Assembly (NCBI RefSeq): GCF_009914755.1
Contig: NC_060927.1
Reading direction: 5' to 3' (one strand)
From: the human T2T-CHM13v2.0 reference genome, Homo sapiens
Length of the DNA: 64,000 bases
The first letter of the stretch is position 1, and every line of letters starts with the position of its first letter. The notes under the pieces were generated by a model. The model was not told the DNA's origin. It saw only the letters and a program-made list of their open reading frames with translations, and searched no databases. Position numbers and translations under genes: made by a program. Positions 16,322 to 28,136 of this stretch are shown in pieces.

Positions 16322-16440
16322 AATTGTGCATAATCATTTTCAAATGTCTTCCACATCAAATATATCCACTAAATTCAGCACTACATGATTTTTTCTCACT
16401 ACCAACCTACCCAAGTGTCTAGATTATGTGGATTGATTGT
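16322..16440 (+). repeat. Diverged local direct repeat, copy 2
   Basis: aattgtgcataatcat...catcaaatatatccactaaattcagcacta...tctagattatgtggattgatt. Confidence 0.7.
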
Positions 16441-16464
16441 GGGTGTAACCTTCTGAGTCCCGCA

Positions 16465-16695
16465 CTGGGCCAAACACTATGCTAGGCACCTTCACACACA
16501 ACATATAATTCAGTAGATAGCACAGTCCTCCCCCATAGGCTTCCGTCTCCCAATTTCATAGATGAACAAGCTGAAGGCAACAAATATTAAGCAACTTGTC
16601 CAAGGTCATACAATTATTTAGTGACTAGATTAGGTTTTGAGTCTTAGTAAGTGTGCTTCCAATGCCCAGATTATTTCTACTGTATAATGCTGTCT
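16465..16695 (-). mobile_element. MIR SINE
   Basis: cccaatttcatagatgaacaagctgaaggc...ttaagcaacttgtccaaggtcataca. Confidence 0.8.
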
Positions 16696-16959
16696 CTAGG
16701 AGGTTATAATTCAAGGTGCCTCTTCTTTTTTGCATTAAAAAGATCAAAATGATTAGGCTGATCTCTTAGCTTTCTTTTATTCCTACTCAGGAGAAGGATG
16801 GACTAATGAGCTAGAGTGACCAGTTAATGAAACCACTGGTGATTTAATGAAGACACCACTGAGACATTTTACAGAATGACCAAATTCACTATATTTCATT
16901 ACATTTAAAAAACTCTATAAATATGCATGTGTACATAATTTTACATAATTATATAAATG

Positions 16960-18490
16960 GAATCCCCCTTCTCATCAGCCACTACCAGACACTCATCTTC
17001 ACCTAGAAACCTCCTCCACGTTCACTCTACAACACTTGGACATTTGTTGTTGGTTTTTGAGCTACAACATTTTTTTTTATATTCCTCTGTGTTTTCCTTC
17101 TCACCTTCCCCTCAGGGAACAATGTCTATGTAAATAATCTACTACATATCCGTTTATAGTTTTTCATATTCGTATCATTATATGAAACATATATCTATGA
17201 ATATTCATATCCAACATTATTTATAATATCTGTAAGAAATTATGTTCTTTTATAAATATTGGATCATATCATGCCTACTTTTCTTCATTCTACATTTTTT
17301 AATCAATAATACCTAGGACATGACTGGGCATGGTGGTTGATGCCTGTAATCTCAGCACTTTGGGAAGATGAGGTGAGAGGATGGCTTGAGGCCAGAAGTT
17401 TGAGACCAGCCTGAGCAACATAGCACGACTGTTTCTGTGAAAAATAAAAATTAGACAGGCATGGTGGCACGCGCATGTTGTCCTAGCTATTAAGGAGGCT
17501 AAAGTGGGGGTATCACTTGAGTCCAGAAGACTGAGGCTGCAGTGAGCCATGATCACACCACTGTACTCCACCCTGGGTGACAGAGGGATCCTGTCTCCAA
17601 ACAAAACAAAATAATTATAAAAAATTGATAATAATATTTAGGGCAAACCCCTCTAAGTCAACTAGTATACTCTCTGAGTCATTATTTTTAGTGTTTTTAT
17701 TATACTTACCAATGCAGCAATAAATATTCATGTATGTATATTTTTATTTGCTGATGTTTTTATTTCTATGAAAGAGATTCCCAGGAGTTCTAACCTGGAA
17801 TATAGTATATGTAGTCTTGATTTTAACCAGCGTTATCAAATATTTTACAAGAAGGCTGTAATTATTCACATTACCAGATAACATTTATGAAGAATATCCT
17901 TTTCTCTCAATATTCCTGGCAGCACTAGTTAAGTTTTGATGGGAATAAAATGATATAACACTGTTACTTTAATTTAAATATCCCTTGCTACTATAATATT
18001 TGGACATTTTTGACAAGGTTTATTCACATAGATTTAGTTTTTGTTTATTTTCTATGAAATTGTTTATTTTCTTATTTTATAAGTTTTTAAATATGGTTCG
18101 TAACCCTTTGTTCAAAAAAGATACGTGGAGCTGTTTTTTTGTTGTTGTTTTATTACAAAAGCCTGTAATTTATTTACTATTTGGGGTGTCTGGCTGAAGT
18201 TTTAAATTCAATTTAGTCAAATAAGTCTATCTTTCCTTTTAAAAATGTTTGTATCTTCTGCCTTGGTTAAAAGTTTCTCCTGATCCTATATTGTCAATAT
18301 TATCACTTACATGTCTTCTAAGATAATTGTTGCCTTATTTTTCTCTACTTTGATACTTAATTTAATCAAGCATTTAAGAATTACATAGAAATTTTCTAGA
18401 TAACAAGTTGCTGCTATCATTTATTAAATTCATCATCCTTTCCTGCTTAATTGAAATGTTCACCTTTGTTGTACATTAAATTCATAAACA
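16960..18490 (-). mobile_element. Ancient L1ME-type fragments, antisense (hosts the Alu at 17322)
   Basis: aatgcagcaataaatattcatgtatgta...gagattcccagga...aattgaaatgttcacctttgttgtacattaaatt; very diverged, boundaries approximate. Confidence 0.55.
17322..17612 (+). mobile_element. AluJ SINE
   Basis: Dimeric Alu, gcttgaggccagaagtttgagaccagcctgagcaacatagc, gaggctgcagtgagccatgatc. Confidence 0.93.
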
Positions 18491-18496
18491 TTCTGG

Positions 18497-18999
18497 TGAT
18501 GAGAATGCAGGAAAACACTACCCCAAAATATGATACCTCAGAAATTGAGAAAACAGCAGAAGTAGGAAGGCCGCTCTCATCTTCCCCTCGCCTTTCACAC
18601 TGAAGCAAGCCAGAAAACCTAGGAAGGTCACTTTCTGATCTTTTCCCTCCCTTCTCTCCAAAGACTTTCTTATGACAAGTGTCCTTTCTGATACCTGGAG
18701 AAAAGAAATGTCATACAGAGATGTCAAGAATCTGGACAAACTTTTGTTACTCCCAGTGTATTACCATTAGATCACACTCCCTTTTGTTCACACTTCTACA
18801 CAACTGCCTGCTCTTCATCAAACTGAGCATAAAAATATGCCTTTTCTCTGTTTCTTTGGGTCTTCATTTCTGATGTCTCCTATGTCGCATAAAACTTACA
18901 TTAAATAAATTTGTATACTTTTCATATCTATCCTTTATAATAGGGGTCTCAACCATGAACCTAGCAATGGGTGAGGAAAGAAATCTTTTCTCTCCTACA
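18497..18999 (+). mobile_element. MER34-family ERV1 solo LTR
   Basis: TG...CA termini, accccaaaatatg motif, AATAAA at ~18905, exact 4-bp TSD ctgg (18493-18496 / 19000-19003). Confidence 0.85.
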
Positions 19000-20554
19000 C
19001 TGGCATCCCTTCCTGGAAACTTTACATCTTATAATTTAGAATTCCATATTATCCAAGAAGCACAAGTGGCACTAATTTTTTAATAAAAACTTTATTGCTT
19101 ATCAAATGTAAATTGAGTATAAGATGGAATAAGAACTTTGAAAATACAAGAGTGTGGTAATTCCTATCCCAAAGGGACTTATCAGTTATTAGAGGGTAAT
19201 AGGATGATACAGGATGTACACAAAAAGTGTTAATTAGCAATGCCACACAACAATACCATGTGAGATCTGTGAGGTCTATTATGACAAGACAAAACTATGG
19301 GAGAAGCAGTTGATGATATGTGGTTTCATATCAGAAGGAATAAAAACAGTGTAGCCTGCAATGTGCAGAAAAAACTTTGGTGGAAGGGGGCAGACATAGC
19401 CCTTAAAATGAAATTAGATCATTAACACCAGAATTTAGAAGCTCTGAATATTTCAGCATCCAGATTTTCCAAATTTTGTTTATATAGAAAAAAGAAAATA
19501 TTTTGTTGATGACACCACACACAATAACTGATATCAACTACCAATGAAAAATGCACAATTTAAAAATAATATGCAACAATGATTGCTTAATTTTTCACAT
19601 TTTGATCTTAAATATATTTTTCATACTTTTTTGAATTATGATATTGCCTTAAAATTCTATTTTATAACATTTAAAAACAATCAACTAAGGTAAGTGTAGG
19701 CATCTCTTTGAATAGTGAGATCCAGCTAGTTTCTATCCATTAATTCATGTAAAATTCCTGTAATATATGAAAATAGGAGGAGACAGGACCCAAGTTTTGT
19801 ATTTGCGTTTGTTTCTCTTTGCTTGTGATGTGTGAAGACTGCTGCCAATTGGTAGTAGGGGTACTCCATCATTACACCATTAATAGATCTCTCCAGAACA
19901 AGGTTTCATTACTGTGGATATTGGATAAGGCTCTGCCAGAAGGCTTTCAATACCCTAAGGATAAGATGTGCTAAGTCCCCAAATTAGGTGCAGCCGTCTT
20001 TGGGCAAGTATTTGAGGTTTGCAGGGATGTTTATGCTGGGGTTTGAGGAACCTTGATCAAGATATTTCCCTAGGGTGACAAATCCATAATTGCACTTATC
20101 AGCTTTAGGCTGCCTTGATTAATGCAACCTTCTGTGATTTATCACCCAGAATATTTTTAAACAGGTGCTCTCTCTTCATTGTAATAGACTGGAGTTTTTC
20201 AGAAGTGACAACACAGGCTTGTTTTATTTATTTGTTTTGTGAAATTCAATGAGAATGCATTACAAGCAAAAATACCCAGTCATTTTGTAGAGACCTGAGG
20301 TTAGTGTAGTTAGTTTTGTAGAGGCCTGGGGTTAGAGGGTTAGTTGATGTCAGCCTGTCATGATTTCTACCTGACTTTCTTGACCCTTTAAAAAGAAATT
20401 GCTGCTTTTTAAAATGTTACTCCCTACCTCCGGACACCTAACACACAGTATACTGTCTTGGATCCCAAATCTTCCTATCCTTGGAGAATCTCGAAACTAG
20501 CTGCCTAGTATATAAGAATCAAATATAGCATACCAAAAAGCCTTGACAGAAAAA

Positions 20555-20555
<1 letters not shown>

Positions 20556-20594
<39 letters not shown>
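20556..20594. repeat. (CA)n microsatellite
   Basis: About 19 uninterrupted CA units. Confidence 0.97.
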
Positions 20595-20597
<3 letters not shown>

Positions 20598-20796
20598 TGC
20601 AACATTGGCCATACTTGATGAGAACTTTTAAACTATGGCAAAATATGTTAGAAATCTAAAGTTAACTGTTCTGCAAGTGGTATACAGCCATGCACACCAA
20701 TTTTACAATTTTAGCATTTAGAGTAGTCTGGACCCAGCTGGAGTAACAAATTCTTTTCACTACTTTATAGTTGTGCCAAACATATTTCTATAGGGC

Positions 20797-21005
20797 AGCA
20801 GTACATCACAGTGGATCAGAAAGTAGTCCCTGAGTGTCAACATCCTGGAATGTAAACCTGGCCTCACCATTTATTAGCTGTATGATCTTGGAAAAATTAA
20901 TTAACCTCTCTGTGCCCAAATCGTCTCATTTGTGAAGTGGAGTTGATAACTACCTACTTCACAGGACTATTCTGAGGATTAAATCAAATAAAATATGTGG
21001 AAAGC
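20797..21005 (+). mobile_element. MIR SINE
   Basis: ttattagctgtatgatcttggaaaaattaattaacctctctgtgcc...ctcatttgtgaagtgg...tacctacttcacagg. Confidence 0.85.
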
Positions 21006-21549
21006 TTTGCTATTTTAATTTTAAAAAAAACACTATTTAACCTATCAAGGGACTACAGATTGTCTTAAGAGCACCTTCTATTTTCCTAAAATCAATTAAA
21101 GATCAGCTTACTTTGGTTCTTATCTATTTATTAAAACACATGAGATGGACAATACTTACCAGTACTTTGATGAACCCACAAACTGGGAGTAAATAAAATT
21201 TTTATTTTCAAACATCTGGTCTGTTTAACCCAGGCTGCTGTCTCATTAGGTTTCTCACTATGAAAGAGTAAGTTTAGAATGGGCTGGAAATTCACTATTT
21301 GAAAAATCTATATACCTCAACTTATGTTTCCTTCCAGGAAACAGAAAAAAAAAAAGAGAGAGACAGAGAGTAAAGATAATGGGTGAGTAACACATGAAGC
21401 AAAATCTAAGACTTTCAGAAAGCCCTGTGAGCTAAGCAAAGATGAAATTATTTTCTGGTTGTGAGGAAAGAATGTGAGTGCTTAAAGGCTCAAGTTGCCC
21501 ACAAATTCCTGGGATAGTGTGCAATCTACTTTGCTTAATTCTGTAGAAC

Positions 21550-21726
21550 TGTTATTCCCAAACCCAGCAGCATGTCAGAATCTTTCTGAAGAGTGTGTTT
21601 AAAAAGTACAGCTTCTTGAACTCTGTCCAGGCCAACAGAATCAGTATCTCCAAGGATATAGCCCTGAAATACATGTTTTTAAAAAGTTTTTATAGTAGTT
21701 CTTATACACAACTATATTTGATAATC
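21550..21726. mobile_element. MER5-type DNA transposon remnant
   Basis: ttcccaaacccagcagcatgtcagaatc...cagaatcagtatctcc...tttttaaaaag...tttgataatca. Confidence 0.6.
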
Positions 21727-21744
21727 AAGAACCAGAGATTTTTT

Positions 21745-22357
21745 TTATTATACTTTAAGTTCTAGGGTACATGTGCATAACGTGCAGGTTTGTTACATAT
21801 GTATACATGTGCCATGTTGGTGTGCTGCACCCATTAACTCGTCATTTGCATTAGGTATATCTCCTAATGCTATCCCTCCCCATTCCCCCCACCCCATGAC
21901 AGGCCTCAGTGTGTGATGTTCCCCATCCTATGTCCAAGTGTTCTCATTGTTCAATTCTCACCTATGAGTGAGAACATGCGGTGTTTGGTTTTCTGTCCTT
22001 GCGATAGTTTGCTCAGAATGATGTTTCCAGCTTCATCCATGTCCCTACAAAGGACATGAACTCATCCTTTTTTATGGATGCATAGTATTCCATGGTGTAT
22101 ATATGCCACATTTTCTTAATCCAGTCTATCATTGATGGACATTTGGGTTGGTTCCAAGCCTTTGCTATTGTGAATAGCAAATAAACATACGTGTGCATGT
22201 GTCTTTATAGCAGCATGATTTATAATCCTTTGGGTATATACCCAGTAATGGGATGACTGGGCCAAATGGTATTTCTATTTCTAGATCCTTGAGGAATCAC
22301 CACACTGTCTTCCACAATGGTTGAACTAGTTTACAGTCCCACCAACAGTGTAAAAGT
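21745..22357 (-). mobile_element. 5'-truncated L1PA4/5-type insertion (~610 bp)
   Basis: Antisense L1 3' UTR and ORF2 end; TSD aagaaccagagatttttt at 21727-21744 and 22358-22375; TT/AAAA endonuclease site on the minus strand. Confidence 0.95.
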
Positions 22358-22379
22358 AAGAACCAGAGATTTTTTAAAT

Positions 22380-22900
22380 AAACTTTTGTTTTTACATTGG
22401 AATAAGTTTGGATGACACTACCGAGTTCTTGTATACCTTGACTCATTTGCCCCTAATGTTAATATTTCATATAATAATCATGGCACATATGTCAAAACCA
22501 GAAAATTAACACTGGCAAATTACTAATGTCTTTTTCATATTCCTGAATCCAATACAGGATGCTGTAACAACACTTTTAATCATCATGCCTCCTTAGTCTC
22601 CTCTGGCCTGTGGCAGTTTCTCAGGTTTTCAAAACTTTGAGAACTTTGAAGCATGTCTTCAATGTAGAATTTCCTCTTTTTCAGACTGAGGTTGTGGGTT
22701 TTGGAAGTGAGTACCATAGAGGCAAAGTGCCCTTCTCTTGCATACTATTAGAGAGTACATGATACCAACATAACATCACTGGTGGTATTAGCCTCCATCA
22801 TTTGATTAAGGCAGTATCTACCAGATCACTCCACTGTTAAGTTACTATTTTTCCATTCTCATACTCTGTTCATTAGAAATAAGTCTTTAAATCTAGTCAA
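22380..22900 (-). mobile_element. L1MC-type 3' fragment
   Basis: cccctaatgttaatattt...gtcaaaaccagaaaattaacactgg...ccatagaggcaaagtgcccttctc...ctccactgttaagttactattttt. Confidence 0.75.
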
Positions 22901-25173
22901 GGGTTGGCTGTATGCGTGTTGAAGGGGTGGTATGGAGAGATGAATCAAGCTCCACTTCCTGGAGGAAGGAGTATGAGTGAAGGTTTATGATCAAAGTAGT
23001 ACTTTCAGAAAACTGAGTTAACTAGGTACACTGGGGGAAGGAGACTATTGGCTGGGAAATCAGTTGCCAAATTCAAACCAGAGGAAATGACCTGAAAAAA
23101 AGCAAAGGCATTGGTGAAAAGGAACATATATCTAAAAAATATTGTGGAAGTGAAAGAAACCATGGTTACTGATTAGACATGTGGGAGAGAGAGAAAAATA
23201 TATATTTTCCAGATATATTGAGGTTTTGATCCTGAGTAACTTAGAAGAGGGTAATGCAATAAAGAACAGAGAAAGAGGATACCTTTGGTTGGGACATACA
23301 GAATTCAAAGGCTTGTGTGCATCAAGGTAGACATGTTGAACAAGCAGTTAGAAATTGAATCGCAAAACAATTTACCTCCTTGTGAATTATGCTATCTTCC
23401 AGGACCCATTATACAGGCTGCCTTTCCAGCTCTCCAATCATACTTCCAAGAAAACTGCTCACTCTCAGAACCAAGGTTCAAGTTGTACATTGGGATTTGG
23501 GTAGAGGTAAGAGGAAACACCCTCAAATAGATTTGGATCATTCCAGATGTCCTATAAATGAAGTTTGACATTTGCTCAAGTATCACCACCTCACTGTAAA
23601 AGCAACGAATCTACCTTCATTGTGAAAATTTGGGGACTAGAATTAATGAGTACAGTAACCTTATGGATAGAACCTTCAGAGTTTTTCATTATCTATGTGA
23701 AGAGATAATTCTAAATTATTTGAGATCTAGTATCTGTCAGCTTGGGGACTGGTGTCTAGTCCCAAGACTAGACAAAGGAAACCCTTATTAGTATTTTTAT
23801 TTTCCATTTCAAATAAAAAGGGTATGTGTTAAAAAAAACTGAGCTGGTTCAAGCTGTAAAGCATTTCTTAATTATAGTTTGGTAATGCCTGAAAGCCAGA
23901 GGACTCCCAGACAAAAAAGAAAAAAGTATGTTGATTAAATATTTTCCCCTTTTGAGGGTAGATAGAAAGAATAAAAGGAATTTCAAAGTCTCAGGTTGTT
24001 AGGAACCTGCAAAGGTGATTTCTTTTTTTCTATTCCTTCACCTTGGCAAGGTGATAAGGCAGATGAGGAGAAGTAGGAGGCACAGGGCCATGAAAATGGA
24101 CCCAAAGTGATGGGGCTCTGTTCTCTTGTAAATGGCCATCCTTCCAGGACAGCCTTTCTCACAGGCTGCTTCAGCATCTACTGACTGATCTCTGAAATTC
24201 GTTTCTCTCATTTCACCTTCATACCTCAGAGTTTGTAATCCATTCCTTTTGTGCTGTTAATGATAAACCACCTGTAAAGACCAGTTTAATTTCTAAAGAG
24301 ATGAAAATATTAATTACACAGACTTTAAGAATTTTTTTTAAATTTTTTCCCTCTCATTTTTTTTTGTTGTTTAAAACAAACAAACCTTTTTCACTTCTTC
24401 CTCTCTTTTCCTCATTTATCATCTTATTTCTTATTTACAGTTTTACTTGTTTGTGTTAGTGGCAGGATGATATTAATTTCAAAACCCTTGGAGACATACT
24501 TTGTTGAATCTGAAAGTTAAAGGTGGCTTTGTGCTTAGCTTTTTCCTAGCAAGATCTAATATTAAAATGTAACTTGCTATTACAAAACTTTTCATGTAAA
24601 TTATGTGCTTTAAAAAGAAATGAGAAAGACTTCCTGAGAAAATGGTCTTTATCATGCTGTATCCTATGAGCATCCTGTGGCCACTGAACACTCACATTCT
24701 CTTACTCTTACCAACCTATCACTGTTTCCCATTCATTATTATGCTCTCACCTTCACTCTGCTCGATATTGCTTTCTTGTCCAATCACCAACAAACACTTA
24801 TCTTTGCCTAGAAACCTCTTCCACATTTGGTTTTCAACACTTAGAACTTTACATTTTATGTTTTTCTCCTACCTCTCATTTTTATTTTTACTTACATTTT
24901 GCCTTTTCCCTCCCCCTTTCTGGGATGATTATTAAAGCATGACTCTGCCCTTACTCAGCTGTTGAGCATAACCTACCACCCACTTTTCCTAAAATATTTA
25001 GTAGTGATTTAAAAAGAATAAAACAATAGGAAAAGAGATTGTCTGAGGATACACAGTTCTTTCAGTCTAGACCTGTGATTATCAACCATTTTGCAGTCAT
25101 GGGCTGCTTTGAGAATCTGCTTAAAACTAGGAACATTTCTCCAGAAAGATTCACACAATTGCATAACACATAC

Positions 25174-25559
25174 TGCTGTAGTCTGTTTTGTGTTGCTGTA
25201 AAAGAATACCAAAGACTGCATAATTTATAAACAATAGAGTTTATTTTGTTCACAGCTCTAGAGGCTGGAAAGTCCAAGAGCAGGGTGCTGGCATCTCTTG
25301 AGAGCCTTCATGCTGTGTCATCGCATGACTTAAGTCAGAAGGGCAAGAGAGGCAAGAGCAAAAGATAGAGAAGGCCAAATTCACTTTTATAACAACCCAT
25401 TCTCACAATAACAAACCTACTCCTGTGATAATGACATTAATCCATTCATAAGGGCAGAGTCCTTCTGGCCTAACCACCTCTTAACAGTCCCATCTCTCAA
25501 TATCGCAATGGCAATTACATTTCAACATTAGTTTTGGAAGGGACTTTCAAGTCATAGCA
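25174..25559 (-). mobile_element. MSTC/MSTD-type MaLR solo LTR
   Basis: agtctgttttgtgttgctgtaaaagaatacc...ttcaagtcatagca; near TSD catac / catat. Confidence 0.87.
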
Positions 25560-26107
25560 CATATCAGTCTAGGTACACGGATTCCCTGAAACAAGGTGAG
25601 TCACTGCTTTTCCAAGTAAGCTAAATTATTTCTTATATGAAAATGGTCAATTAGAAATCATTGTCCCTGAACAGCATTGTTTGGGTGATTCCAGAACTGT
25701 TTCTAAGGAACTGTTCCCTAATGTTAAGTCCGCAAAGCATAATGGGATACACTTCAAGAAGCACATCCAAGAAATTCATTATTTTATTAAAGGAAGAGAT
25801 ATTATTCAGCAGTTTGTTCTCTGATTCACATCACACTCAGCTTCAGAAATCCCTCTGTTTTACTACCAGGAAGCCTGTGCCAGGCACACTCCCACTTCCA
25901 GATTCTCCTACCTGACCTTGTCTTCTTTAGAGATGTTTAGGGTTGACACTCACCTCCTCCAGGTGTTTCCTCAACTACAACCCCATAGTTTCTAATATTC
26001 CAGTAAAGGTGCTCATCCAAAGGCTCCCTCTCATGTGACTCTGTGATGTGTGTTTCTAAAACATCTCTACCAAAGTGCCCATACTTGTAGAGACAGTGAG
26101 TGTATGG

Positions 26108-26649
26108 TGCAGGGGAGGAAAAATTTCTCCTCTACCTTGTTAGGGTTTCTGGCTGGGCCTAAAAATTAAACTGATATCAACAAATGAAGAGGAGAAAGCA
26201 TACACATTTTATTCAGTAAAATTTTACATGTACATGTGCGTTCTAAGGATATATTAAAGACTGAAAGAAACAGAGCCAAACACTTACATACAGGGTTGAA
26301 CAAAGAGTAGTAAATTACAAAAATGTAACAAGAGAAAGGAGTTTGGGCTAAGACAGTTAATAGTGAAAAAGTAACTAGTAACTAGAAAGATAAAGGTTAA
26401 TTTAACAAGGTTTGTTTGTATACATTTTTCTTGGTCTCCACTCCCCATCTCTGGAGATGAACATGTCTTAGTTTCTCCAAGTGCAGGGAAGACATCTTTC
26501 ACATGGAAGTTTTATTTCCTTCTTTCGGGAAGAAAAGAAGGAAGATCAGAGTGCCCTTTTGCATCTACTGTTTTTCAAATTCTTTTAATTCAAAATAATC
26601 AATATGCCAGAGTGGCACGTTTTGGAGTGGCATGTTCTGAGTTCTTTCA
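26108..26649 (-). mobile_element. MER34-family ERV1 solo LTR
   Basis: caaaataatcaatatgccagagtggcacgttttggagtggcatgttctg end; TG/CA termini; near TSD atgg / atgt. Confidence 0.8.
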
Positions 26650-28117
26650 ATGTCAACAGGGCTTTTAAAACTTCTGTTTTCGTGTAAAAATACACATGAA
26701 GTTGGTTTTCTACTCCATTTGATATAAAGATATTATTTTTAAATTACTTGCCATTGAGGGAAACAGATTGTCCATGAACATACACTACGTAGATCTAGGA
26801 CTTGCAATATTGGCTGAGCACTAGAGAAGAAGCCTAGGGTATATGAATTCCGTGGAGATTGAGAAGCTCAGCAATAGAATATTCATTGCTTAGTCTAACT
26901 CTTGTTTTGTAAAGTATCTCTACTATTTGAACATTTTTTTGAAAAAGTTTTTTTGCCTGAAAAAATGCTTCTAGGTCCAGCACCAATTTTGCCTCTTCCA
27001 TGATCATGACCTATTTTCTAATTCCCATAACAGGAATTAATTGCAACTTCTCCCAAAAAAAGAAGTCAATTATATTCACAGAGATCATAAAATGTAAAAG
27101 AACTGACTGAGAAATGCAAAGTAAATGGACAGATATTTTTAGAATCCCTATAACGTGCCAGTATGTTCATAAATTATTTTATTTAATGTTGCATTAATTC
27201 CATGAGATTTCTACTGTTATTCTCAAATGAAGACACATAAGCCAGATGTTGAATAACCTGCCCTAACACACTGCCAGAAAGTGGCAAAGATAGTTAGAAA
27301 TTTTTGTTTGTATAGTTTTAAAATCCGTAATTTTTATTGCATCTAGTTTACTTTTCTGGCCTCTATAGCAATTGCCTCTCAAAAATGGAGACAAACAAAT
27401 GAACCTACTTAATTCTCAAAATAGAAATGCTAATGAGTACTGATAATGACTTTGTATTTTAGTATGTTTTTTCAATGAAGAAATTACTTTGTAAGACAGT
27501 ATTTATTATTTACAACAAGTTTTCTTGACACTGTTTTTCATCCATCAAGAAGCGGCATATCACTGAATAAAACGGTAGAATAGAGGACGCTTTTGGTTTA
27601 CAACTTTTATATACAGACCCCTGGGAAGTTACAGAGGTATTGCCAGAGTACCTAAATCTATATGTGCATTTTGAATTGTTTGCAAGTTGAATAATGTGTC
27701 TCATGGAAACATTAATTTGCATCTAGTCTTTAGAATGTATATAGAGAATATTCCCAGTTAAGAAATATTTTACCGAATTCAGAGTCATTTTTTACACTTT
27801 ATTTTTTAACTAAATGAATACTTATATACCGGAAAGCACAGAGATAATCAATGATTTTATTTTATTTTAGAAAGTGGTTTTAGTGCTGATAAAGATTGAG
27901 AACTCCTAGAATTTCTTTTTAAAAAAAAAAATTGCTCCATGTGGTTTTCAGAAGTAAACTAAATTTACTTTTGCACTGCACTGCACTTTATGTCTCTGTG
28001 GAAACGTTTTGAAGTACATGGTGGATTTAATCCCATTAATCTTTGGAAATATGATGAGTGGTTCCGTTTCTGATTTTTCATAATCAGCTGGCCTAGCTAT
28101 AAGATATTATTGCCTTA

Positions 28118-28136
28118 TAGGGACATCTGCTGGTAG
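28118..28136 (-). promoter_or_regulatory. Candidate CTCF motif
   Basis: Minus strand CTACCAGCAGATGTCCCTA fits the CCASYAGRKGGCRSY core with about two mismatches. Confidence 0.4.

Noticed and set aside
17299-17604. Alu-antisense ORFs (also 37700-37959 and 39940-40284)
   Set aside because: Typical Alu-derived spurious peptides such as PKVLGLQA.
20283-20345. Two-copy ~30-bp tandem repeat (and degenerate 9-mer repeats at ~62367-62405)
   Set aside because: Ordinary slippage duplications with no spacer structure; not CRISPR-like.
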